From: an uncultured bacterium
Lineage (GTDB): Bacteria; Zixibacteria; MSB-5A5; SM1-73
Direction of reading: 5' to 3'
Assembly (NCBI GenBank): GCA_965369445.1
Contig: CBDUQU010000001.1
Coordinates: 1,614 to 65,613, forward strand
DNA length: 64,000 nt
The notes beneath the pieces are model-generated. The model did not search any database, was not told where the DNA came from, and worked only from the letters and a program-made list of their open reading frames with translations. The position numbers and the translations under genes are program-made. This document shows, in pieces, positions 17,479 to 26,031 of this stretch. The stretch's first letter is position 1, and each line of letters opens with the position of its first letter.

Positions 17479-18654
17479 TCACGATTCGACCCGCAGAACC
17501 CTGTCGGGAATCCTGACCCTCTCGGGCTTAGAACCTTCTTCCGGATGCTCAAAGATGGGCAAATACCGCACTGCCATAGCGAAGATGAAGAATCCGGTGG
17601 CTACCAGAGCCAGGGTGACGGCGATCTCCATCCATGACGGAAAGTAGTTGACCCCGGACGAAGCCACGAAACCGGTCGTGGACACGTTTAATCTGTTCAG
17701 CAAAAACCCGACGATGGTGCACACCGCCGCTATGTAAAGTCCCCTGGTGGAGAGCCTTATCTTTCGTATCGAGAGCAGGACGATGGGAACGATTATTCCT
17801 GCTAAGATCTCCAACCAGAAGAGCCCGGTCTCCATGCGGAGGAGGAAGAGTTCCGACCAAACACCTCGCATGAAGAAATCATAAATCTTCATAAGCAGGT
17901 AAATCACCAAAACCACCAGAAGGATTCTTCCAATGTCCGCCAGCACGTCCTGCTTCAGGCGGTGACCGAAAGCTCTAAAGCTCAGGTGTGATTCAAAAAT
18001 GACCATGGCGCATCCTGCCGCAATCGCGGAGACGTAGAACAGCAGAGGCAGAGACGCCGAGTACCAGAGCGTGTATAGCCTGTGAGGCACGATCAAGAAC
18101 AACGAACCCAAAGAGGACTGGTGCATGGTGGAAAGGACGACTCCCAGTATGACCAGGGGAACCGTTATCCTGCCTATCCATCTCTTGGGCCCGCTCCAGC
18201 CCAAACGTTCGAAGAGGTTCGGACTGAATTCGAAAAACAACACCCCGGTGTATAACATGACGCACATGGCTACCTCAAACAACGGGGAATGGAAGTTGCC
18301 CATAAAGAGAGGATTGTATAGCTTGTCCGGGCGTCCCACGTCAAAGAGAAGACCTACGATCACCAGAAGGTACCCCAAAAAAGCGGTTAAGATGGCGGGT
18401 TTCAGAACGGGATAGAACCGCTTAACGTGAAACACGTAAACTGCCGCCGCCAGGGTAAACCCGCCGGCGGCCAACCCCACTCCCGATATGACGTCGAAAC
18501 CAACCCACAGCCCCCAGGGAAACCTATCACTCAAATTAGTAGCTGCCCCCAGGCCGCCGGTGAAACGGACAATGGTCGCTATAAGGCCAGCCACCCAGGT
18601 CAGAAGCAGGACTACTTTCCAGAAAGTTATCTTGAACGGTAATTTGATACTCAC
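17479..18654 (-). CDS. NrfD/PsrC-family polytopic membrane subunit of a quinone-interacting redox complex
   Basis: 391 aa with 8-10 TM helices and no cofactor motifs. It sits immediately downstream of a 4Fe-4S NrfC/HybA-type partner. Confidence 0.65.
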   Translation of the reverse strand: MSIKLPFKITFWKVVLLLTWVAGLIATIVRFTGGLGAATNLSDRFPWGLWVGFDVISGVGLAAGGFTLAAAVYVFHVKRFYPVLKPAILTAFLGYLLVIVGLLFDVGRPDKLYNPLFMGNFHSPLFEVAMCVMLYTGVLFFEFSPNLFERLGWSGPKRWIGRITVPLVILGVVLSTMHQSSLGSLFLIVPHRLYTLWYSASLPLLFYVSAIAAGCAMVIFESHLSFRAFGHRLKQDVLADIGRILLVVLVIYLLMKIYDFFMRGVWSELFLLRMETGLFWLEILAGIIVPIVLLSIRKIRLSTRGLYIAAVCTIVGFLLNRLNVSTTGFVASSGVNYFPSWMEIAVTLALVATGFFIFAMAVRYLPIFEHPEEGSKPERVRIPDRVLRVES

Positions 18655-18712
18655 CTTGATCTCCTTCTCGTTATCAGCCTTCGATCGCTTTGCAGCTGCA
18701 CGTTTGTATCTT

Positions 18713-19468
18713 CTATTTCAACTCAGAGTCCTGCTGCTTGTTTTTGTATTCGGCCAACTCCATCCTGCGGTCGATAATCCACCATACCCCGTAAAGGAAT
18801 GCACCGCCGAAGATGGCTATGCTGGGAACACTTTTGAGCGCTGCCCAGGTAAGCTCAGGCAGGGGACGATCCCCAAGGTTGCCGGGGAAGCCGAGCGTCT
18901 CAAGTGGAACGCTGGACAGGATCAAAACAGACGTTCCACCAATTTCCTTCTCGCCGTATATGTGGTCCACATACAGATCCGGATTTTCTTCTATGCGTTT
19001 CCGCGCCACCCTGATCAGCTCATCTCGATCTCCGAATATGGTGGCCTCGGTGGGACATGCTTCGGCGCAGGCGCTAATCTTTCCTTCCTTCTGCCTCTCG
19101 TAGCACATGGTGCATTTTCTCACCTTGGGCGCACGTTTGTCCCATTCATAAGTCGGGACGGTGAAGGGACAGGCCTGCATGCAGTAGCGACACCCTATGC
19201 ATTTGTGTGCGTGATATATTACCGCACCCTCCGGAGTCTTCTCGAATGCCCCTACCGGGCATACTGAGGCACAGGAGGGGTCGTTACAGTGCATGCACAG
19301 TTGACGATAATAGACGCTGTCCTTTTCCTTCACCACGGTATAGGCTGTGGAGGAGAGCTCCTTTTCTTCCTCCCCTGGAAGGCCATTGGCCTCCTTGCAG
19401 GCTAAAGCGCAAAGCTGACACCCGATACACTTGGTGATATCTATCAGAAGCGCTTTGGGTTTTGTCAT
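18713..19468 (-). CDS. 4Fe-4S ferredoxin-type iron-sulfur subunit (NrfC/HybA/DsrO-like) with a C-terminal membrane anchor
   Basis: Four CxxCxxCxxxCP-type clusters (CIGCQLCALAC; CMHCNDPSCASVCP; CIGCRYCMQACP; CTMCYER...CAEACP) and a C-terminal helix (SIAIFGGAFLYGVWWII). Confidence 0.8.
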   Translation of the reverse strand: MTKPKALLIDITKCIGCQLCALACKEANGLPGEEEKELSSTAYTVVKEKDSVYYRQLCMHCNDPSCASVCPVGAFEKTPEGAVIYHAHKCIGCRYCMQACPFTVPTYEWDKRAPKVRKCTMCYERQKEGKISACAEACPTEATIFGDRDELIRVARKRIEENPDLYVDHIYGEKEIGGTSVLILSSVPLETLGFPGNLGDRPLPELTWAALKSVPSIAIFGGAFLYGVWWIIDRRMELAEYKNKQQDSELK

Positions 19469-19573
19469 TTGATGACTCCTTGTTATTTCTCTTCTATCGT
19501 CTTCTTGTTGCTGGCTGAACCATTGGAATCCGCATGTCTTGCCTTTTGTGCTCTGTTCGCAAACACCATTGGG

Positions 19574-20185
19574 TTAGCTCGCTGCTTCCGGTGCAGCGTC
19601 CGCCGCGGCACGTTTCGATCTCGAGGCCACCGTCCCTTTTTCAACCAGCCGATCGAGCACCAGGTCTGCCGGAACGGCTTGACCCTTGGCCAGGGCTCTC
19701 ATCATGGCGTCGGATAGCTCCTCCGGGGTGAATGGCTTGGGCACGTAATCGGATACCCCGGCCCTCATGGCTTTGATCGAGGTTTCGACCGAGGGATAGC
19801 CGGTAATCAGAATGACCGCCATGTTAGGATTTTCCTTCTTTATTCTTCTGGCTACTTCAATCCCATCGATCTCCGGCATCTTCCAGTCAGCGATCAACAC
19901 GTCGAATTCACTGCTCTTGGCCTTGCTCAAGGCCTCCTCTCCGGACAAAGCCACATCCACCTTGTAGCCTTCCCGGGTCAGGATCTTCTTGCAACTGTTG
20001 CACACAGTCTGCTCGTCGTCCACCACCAGGACGCTGGCGGCCGATCTGGCGGTGGCAGCAAGCGCAACAGCAGGTCGGGCAGAAGCGGTCATCTCCACCC
20101 TCTCCTCTACCCTCTTACCTCGTCTGACCAGAACATCGATCAATATGGCCGCTATGAACGTGAACACTACCAACAAAGCTACCAT
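19574..20185 (-). CDS. membrane-anchored single-domain response-regulator receiver (REC) protein
   Basis: N-terminal TM helix, then a CheY-like REC domain (VLVVDDE...DVLIADWKMPEIDG...ITGYPSVE...KPF). Confidence 0.65.
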   Translation of the reverse strand: MVALLVVFTFIAAILIDVLVRRGKRVEERVEMTASARPAVALAATARSAASVLVVDDEQTVCNSCKKILTREGYKVDVALSGEEALSKAKSSEFDVLIADWKMPEIDGIEVARRIKKENPNMAVILITGYPSVETSIKAMRAGVSDYVPKPFTPEELSDAMMRALAKGQAVPADLVLDRLVEKGTVASRSKRAAADAAPEAAS

Positions 20186-20221
20186 TTCTCACTCCTTTTG
20201 TTTTGGCTGTCATTTGCTGAA

Positions 20222-20890
20222 TCAGTCCAGGGGTCTTTTCCCGGCAAGCGCTTTGACAATGCCAGCGAACACGGTGAAAATCACTATCGGACCCAGGGCG
20301 ATGAAGAATAGCCTGGAAAAAACCGGGGCTAAGACGGATTTGAAGACGAACTTTATCGGACCGACCTTAGGCTCTTCTGCAGGCATAGGAGCCACCGCCG
20401 GAGCGGTCACGGCTTCTTCCCTGACCACCTCTGCCACCATGGGCTTAGCCTTCGGGCTTACCACCCCTTTTTCGATCAACCGATCCAGCACCAAATCTGT
20501 CGGTACAGCCTGACCTTTGGCCAGGGCTCTGATCATGGCGTCGGACAGCTCTTCCGGGGTGAAGGGCTTCGGCACATAGTCGGATACCCCGGACCTGATG
20601 GCTTCAATCGAGGTCTCCACCGAGGGATAGCCGGTGATCAATATCACCGCAATCTCGGGATTCTCCCTCTTGATTCTTCTGGCCACCTCCATTCCATCCA
20701 TCTCCGGCATCTTCCAATCCGAGATGACCACGTCGAATCCGTTTCTTTTGATCTTGCTCAACGCCTCCTCGCCGGACAAAGCCACATCCACGTTGTAGCC
20801 TTCCCGGATCAGGATCTTCCTGCAGCTGGAGCAGACGGTCTTTTCGTCATCCACCACCAGGACATTCGGTTTACGTTTCATTTTAATCAC
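20222..20890 (-). CDS. REC-domain protein with a C-terminal membrane anchor
   Basis: Paralog of the preceding gene (VLVVDDE...VVISDWKMPEMDG...). The C-terminal hydrophobic tail is FSRLFFIALGPIVIFTVFAGIV. Confidence 0.65.
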   Translation of the reverse strand: MIKMKRKPNVLVVDDEKTVCSSCRKILIREGYNVDVALSGEEALSKIKRNGFDVVISDWKMPEMDGMEVARRIKRENPEIAVILITGYPSVETSIEAIRSGVSDYVPKPFTPEELSDAMIRALAKGQAVPTDLVLDRLIEKGVVSPKAKPMVAEVVREEAVTAPAVAPMPAEEPKVGPIKFVFKSVLAPVFSRLFFIALGPIVIFTVFAGIVKALAGKRPLD

Positions 20891-20895
20891 TCCCT

Positions 20896-21912
20896 TCAGT
20901 CAGCCCCCTGGGGGCTAACATGACAAAATAGAGGTTTCACCACCGCGCCCAGGATAATGGGCAACAAAGCCGGGAAGAAAAGCCGAGAGGCCAAAGCAGA
21001 CAGGAAGAGCTTTCCTATGGGGACCTTAGCCTGGTGATGCTCTTTCCCCAACCTTCCGGTTGGTTCCGGCTCTGGTTTTTCCTTTATCTCCAGTTCTGTT
21101 TTGACGCTTAGTCCTAAACCCGGGGGAATCACTCTATGTTCAGAATTCAGTTCATGTCTCGCCTGGTCTGACGGAATGGAGACATTGCCTGACCAGTTTT
21201 TTAGATCCTCTTCTAAGTAGAAAGGTTCCAGTTGAACGATCCATCCCTTTCCGAATGGATCTTTGTTGATCAAGTCGGTATTGAAGTTGATCTCATAGTT
21301 GATTTTGACCAGCCGGCCACGAACGGGCACGAGAAGTTTGTGCATCTGCTTGTCGGAAGCCAGTATCCTGATAAACAGTCTTCCTTGTTCGACCCTGCTC
21401 TGGTGACAGGGTAAGTCGACGTAAAGGATGTCGCCCACCGATTCCCTGAACAGGTTGTTTACCCCCACCTTGACAGTGCCGTTCTCCTCTATCTTGGCCC
21501 AGATATACTTCTGATAATGCAGCAGGTCTGTCCTTCCGCTCTTTCGCTCCTGCAGGGCCTTTCTTAGCACTTGCGTTAATTGATCAGGGCTGAGAGGCTT
21601 GGGAACGTAGTTGGAAACGCCCAATCTCATCGCCTGGACCGCGGATTCCACTGACGGATATCCGGTTATCATTATCACCACCATATCCGGATGATTCTTT
21701 TTCACGATCCTCAGGACCTCCATCCCGTCGATCTCCGGCATTTTCCAGTCGGCGATGAGCACGTCATATTTATCCTCTTCCACTTTCTTGAGGGCTTCTC
21801 GTCCGTTCAGAGCAATTTGCACATTGTGTCCTGCTCGGCTCAATATCTTCCGGCAGCTATTGCAAACTATCTCCTCATCATCCACCACTAATACATTTGC
21901 TCGGTACGGCAT
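20896..21912 (-). CDS. REC domain, GcvH-like (glycine-cleavage H / lipoyl-like) domain, then a C-terminal membrane anchor
   Basis: REC domain at the N-terminus. The central KYIWAKIEENGTVKVGVNNLFRESVGDILYVDLP...LINKDPFGKGWIVQL matches the GcvH pattern (E.G...VGITD.A...LGDIVFVELP ... DPYGEGWL). The C-terminal tail is ASRLFFPALLPIILGAVV. Confidence 0.6.
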   Translation of the reverse strand: MPYRANVLVVDDEEIVCNSCRKILSRAGHNVQIALNGREALKKVEEDKYDVLIADWKMPEIDGMEVLRIVKKNHPDMVVIMITGYPSVESAVQAMRLGVSNYVPKPLSPDQLTQVLRKALQERKSGRTDLLHYQKYIWAKIEENGTVKVGVNNLFRESVGDILYVDLPCHQSRVEQGRLFIRILASDKQMHKLLVPVRGRLVKINYEINFNTDLINKDPFGKGWIVQLEPFYLEEDLKNWSGNVSIPSDQARHELNSEHRVIPPGLGLSVKTELEIKEKPEPEPTGRLGKEHHQAKVPIGKLFLSALASRLFFPALLPIILGAVVKPLFCHVSPQGAD

Positions 21913-23048
21913 CTCCTATCACCTGCCTTTCTGTTCTTTCCGCTTCTCCTATAGCGCAAGAGATGTGCCGATTGTGACTTTTTTCACAAAGATTCGCCAA
22001 GCCTTTCAGTTAATGGCTTGAAATATAAGAGCTTATGTTTCGTGCCGAAGAACGAGGATGGGTGTATTCTGCAGATTCAGCCGAGTTGGTGCATGTCAAA
22101 GTTATGCACCGAAATCAGAGGGTTTTGTTGAGATACAAAGACTTAGGAGGAATTCGCGGTGTATAGGAAAAATATATAGTGAATACGTTTCATATACGTT
22201 TTTAGCACGTAGGTCCGAAATCCTCCGCCTCGGGCAGCGATTTCAGACATGATAAACTTCCCTCCCTCGATGGTTCGACAAGCTCACCACAAGTGGGAGG
22301 GAATAAAAGGGAGGGTGAAATGAGGTATTCTCTCGTTGGTAACGGACACCTTGTCCGTTACCCTTCAACTTCGTTCCCTTCGGGTCTGCCCAGACGGATC
22401 CGTAGGACAGCCTGCTTGACAGTTTCTCTTGTAGCCGCAGACTTCAGTCTGCGGGGGCGGATGGCGGGGGGCTCACAGGGTGATTGTCGGGCACCCCAAC
22501 GGCCCTTCGACAAGCTCAGGGCGGGATCGCCCTACAGGCCCATCCGGGCACCCCAACCCGCAAGTCTGGACTTGCTGGACATACTGGACTTGCTGGACTT
22601 TGTTTTTGGTTTTTTTTATGGTTCGAAGTCCGGGGTCGAGATAGAAGATCGTTATCCCGGAGGGGGGCGTTGGCCCCTGGCTGGGTTTTGGTGTTTGTGA
22701 ACCCGACGGCGGAGAGGGACCGACCCACCGGGTGACAAGTGAGCCGGTTTTCTTTGGAGTTGGTATGAAGCAGATGATTCATATGATTCTTATCCTCCCG
22801 AAAGTTACGGCTCATACAATAAACAATCGTCTCCTCAATAATACTGGAGCAATCTCTTTCACCATCAAAGTTCTTTTGAATTTGGTCTTTGTGGTAAGAG
22901 AGACACGCATTGGCGGTCTTTTTGTCCCCCTGAGAAGGGGTTCACCCTGAAGGGGGAAATCGAAGATCCGTAGAACAGGGGGTTATTGTATTTCTCCCCC
23001 TGATAAGGGGGACACAGGGGGTTCCATGTTGATTTCGTACCATTTTCC

Positions 23049-23077
23049 TTGACTTCTACAGGTCTGCGAGCTATAAT
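23049..23077 (+). promoter_or_regulatory. consensus sigma-70 promoter TTGACT-N17-TATAAT upstream of hsdM
   Basis: TTGACT at 23049-23054, a 17-nt spacer, TATAAT at 23072-23077; about 180 nt upstream of the hsdM ATG. Confidence 0.6.
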
Positions 23078-23257
23078 ATTCGTTGTCAAGAGAGCTTATA
23101 TCTGCAGGAGGCAGGGCTGGGCATACCGGCTCTGGGCTTGGACTACACGGGCCACAGTCATTCGTCACTCACGGCGCTCAAAGCCATGTTCAGACTGCTA
23201 TACGGATCAAAATAAACATAGTCAGCCACCAAGAGTGACGCAAACGTAGGGAAACAC

Positions 23258-24712
23258 ATGTTCGAGCAGACCTTCAAAAACATCGACGATGTGCTCTGGA
23301 AGGAGGCGGGGTGTTCGTCCGAGCTGGACTATACGGAACAATCCTCCTGGATGCTGTTCCTCAAATACCTCGATGACCTGGAGCAGGAACGGGCCATGCG
23401 CGCGAAATTGCGAGGCAAGTCCTACGAGTTCCTCCTGGAAAAACGCTTCCGGTGGTCCAGTTGGGCCGCGCCAAAAAACCGCGCCGGAGAGTTTGACCAC
23501 GACAAGGCGCTTACCGGCGACGACCTCATCGACTTCGTCAACCGTGAGCTCTTTCCCTACCTCCAGGGCTTCAAGCAGCGCGCCGCCAGCCCCGACACCA
23601 TCGAGTACAAGATTGGCGAGATCTTTGGCGAGATCAAGAGCAAATTCCAGAGCGGCTACAGCCTGCGGGACACGCTGGAACTGATGGACGCCCTGCGCTT
23701 CCGTTCGCAGAAGGAAAAGCACGAGCTGTCCCACCTTTACGAAGCCAAGATCAGGAACATGGGCAATGCCGGCCGCAACGGCGGCGAGTACTACACCCCC
23801 CGTCCGCTGATTCGCGCTATGGTCCGGGTGATCAAACCCAAGATCGGCGAGCGGATATATGACGGGGCTTGCGGTTCGGCGGGCTTCCTGTGCGAGTCCC
23901 ACGACTACCTGCGCAAGGGCAAACTGACCACCAGCCAACTCAAGAAACTCCAGACCAAGACCTTCTATGGAAAAGAGAAGAAGAGCCTGGCCTACGTCAT
24001 CGCCATCATGAACATGATCCTGCACGGCATCGACGCTCCCAACATCCTCCACACCAACACCCTGTCCGAGAACATCATGGACATCCAGGAGAAGGACCGC
24101 TTCAACGTCATCCTCGCCAATCCGCCCTTCGGCGGCAAAGAGCGCAAGGAAGTCCAGCAGAACTTTCCCATCAAGACCAGCGAAACCGCCTTCCTCTTCC
24201 TCCAGCACTTCATCAAATCGCTCAAGGCCGGCGGCCGCGCGGCGGTGGTCATCAAGAACACCTTCCTCTCCAACTCCGACAACGCCTCCCGCGCCCTGCG
24301 TCAGGAGCTGCTCGAAAACTGCAACCTCCATACTATTCTCGACTGCCCCGGCGGCACCTTCCTCGGGGCGGGCGTGAAGACCGTAGTGCTATTCTTCGAG
24401 AAGGGCGCGCCCACACGGAAAACATGGTACTACCAACTCAATCCCGGCCGGAGCCTGGGCAAGACCAACCCGCTCAACGACGACGACCTCAAGGAGTTCG
24501 TGAAACTGCAGGCCAAGTTCAAGGATTCTGAGCAGTCCTGGACCGTGAACATTGCCGACGTGGATCAGGAGACCTTCGACCTCTCCGTCAAGAACCCCAA
24601 CACGCCGGAGGAAGCCCCGCTTCGCGAACCACGGGAAATCGTCGAGGAGATGGCCGCGCTGGATGCCGAGAGCGCCAAGATCCTTGATGGGATTCGGGGG
24701 ATGCTGCGGTGA
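23258..24712 (+). CDS. hsdM: Type I restriction-modification system DNA methyltransferase subunit
   Basis: N6-adenine methyltransferase motif IV NPPFG (ILANPPFGGKERKE) and the SAM-binding region (IYDGACGSAGFL); operon position before hsdS/hsdR. Confidence 0.9.
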   Translation: MFEQTFKNIDDVLWKEAGCSSELDYTEQSSWMLFLKYLDDLEQERAMRAKLRGKSYEFLLEKRFRWSSWAAPKNRAGEFDHDKALTGDDLIDFVNRELFPYLQGFKQRAASPDTIEYKIGEIFGEIKSKFQSGYSLRDTLELMDALRFRSQKEKHELSHLYEAKIRNMGNAGRNGGEYYTPRPLIRAMVRVIKPKIGERIYDGACGSAGFLCESHDYLRKGKLTTSQLKKLQTKTFYGKEKKSLAYVIAIMNMILHGIDAPNILHTNTLSENIMDIQEKDRFNVILANPPFGGKERKEVQQNFPIKTSETAFLFLQHFIKSLKAGGRAAVVIKNTFLSNSDNASRALRQELLENCNLHTILDCPGGTFLGAGVKTVVLFFEKGAPTRKTWYYQLNPGRSLGKTNPLNDDDLKEFVKLQAKFKDSEQSWTVNIADVDQETFDLSVKNPNTPEEAPLREPREIVEEMAALDAESAKILDGIRGMLR

Positions 24713-26031
24713 ACTGTCAATTCTCTACAAAACCACTGCGCGACCTTATAAAGGAGAATCCCAAGTCTACGCTTAAGGTTCGAGACTCGCTTGATACGGG
24801 TCGCTTTATTTTCTTAACTAGCGGGACAAAGACTCGGTATTCGAATGATTACTTGTGTGAAGAAGAGAACCTCTTTCTTGCTACCGGAGGAACCGCTCAC
24901 GTTGGCTACTTCAATGGACCGGCCGCATATTCAACGGACTGCTATTCGATAACAACGAAAGAAGGGCTTTCAACAAAACTCCTGTATTACTTTCTTCTGA
25001 GTCAGTTAAATTACATCAATGAGTCGCTGTTCAGGGGAGCAGCGCTAAAGCACCTACAAAAGCGGGCCTTCAAAGAACTTCCCGTTCCTGTCCCGCCAGA
25101 GGTTCTTCAGGAGCGGATCGTGGCGATCCTCGACGAGGCGTTTGCTGGTATCGCTACGGCGGTCGCCAATGCCGAGAAGAACCTCCCCAACGCGCGGGAG
25201 TTGTGGGCAGGTGCATTGGCCTCGGCGTGCTCCGGGGCACTTACCAAGGGCTGGAGGCCCAAGAATAGCGAGATTGAACCGGCTAAAGACCTGTTGTTAC
25301 GCGCAATCGCTCGACGGCACGAGCAGCGTAGAACTTCCGGTAGGCCCAAAGAACCGCAACCCCCAATTGCTGCTACAAAGACAACTATCCCCGATACGTG
25401 GGTGTGGGCATCTCCCGAACAGCTTTCGACACATATTGTCGATTGTCCGCACAGTACTCCGAGGTGGGCCGATGAAGGGCCCATCTGTATCCGCACGACG
25501 AATTTCAGACCGGGATATCTCGACCTAGGTTCGGTGAGATACGTTTCGGAAGTCGCCTACACCGAACGGGCAAGGCGGTTAGAACCGAAACCAGGGGATG
25601 TCTTATACAGCCGTGAAGGCGGGATCCTAGGTATCGCTTGCACCTTTCCCGATGGACTGAAAGCGTGCTTGGGACAGAGGATGATGCTCTTTCGCCTTGA
25701 CAATTGCGCAGTGCATCCTCGCTATTTCGCTTGCGTACTGAACTCACCTCACATCTTGACGATAGTGAATCGGTTAACAGCGGGAGCCGCTGCACCACAC
25801 ATAAACATACGAGACATAAGGACATTTCCGATCCCGCTTCCGCCGTTCTCTGAACAGCAACAAATCGTCACAGTTCTTGACACTGTGTGGACATCGATCC
25901 AGCGCCTTGAGCGGATCCAATTGCGGAAGCTGGACTTCCTCGCCGAACTCAAGCAATCCATTCTCCAGAAAGCCTTCTCTGGCGAACTCACCGCCAAACC
26001 CGACAAAGCCCTCGCGGAGGCCGGACTATGA
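24709..26031 (+). CDS. hsdS: Type I restriction-modification specificity subunit with two target-recognition domains
   Basis: Two variable target-recognition domains separated by conserved central and C-terminal helices (the latter LKQSILQKAFSGELT). ATGA overlaps with hsdM and hsdR. Confidence 0.85.
   Translation: MNCQFSTKPLRDLIKENPKSTLKVRDSLDTGRFIFLTSGTKTRYSNDYLCEEENLFLATGGTAHVGYFNGPAAYSTDCYSITTKEGLSTKLLYYFLLSQLNYINESLFRGAALKHLQKRAFKELPVPVPPEVLQERIVAILDEAFAGIATAVANAEKNLPNARELWAGALASACSGALTKGWRPKNSEIEPAKDLLLRAIARRHEQRRTSGRPKEPQPPIAATKTTIPDTWVWASPEQLSTHIVDCPHSTPRWADEGPICIRTTNFRPGYLDLGSVRYVSEVAYTERARRLEPKPGDVLYSREGGILGIACTFPDGLKACLGQRMMLFRLDNCAVHPRYFACVLNSPHILTIVNRLTAGAAAPHINIRDIRTFPIPLPPFSEQQQIVTVLDTVWTSIQRLERIQLRKLDFLAELKQSILQKAFSGELTAKPDKALAEAGL

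Noticed and set aside
22293-22700. ORFs 22293..22700, 22484..22735 and 22516..22815 inside the long noncoding region
   Set aside because: They are built from the interspersed repeat elements, have low-complexity Pro/Gly/Arg-rich products, and have no RBS. The same pseudo-peptides recur at other repeat copies.
23222-24331. Long minus-strand ORFs antisense to the RM operon (23222..24331, 25749..27344, 27477..28262)
   Set aside because: These are Gly/Val/Ala-rich frames typical of antisense reading through GC-rich coding DNA. The plus-strand hsdM/S/R genes carry canonical motifs.
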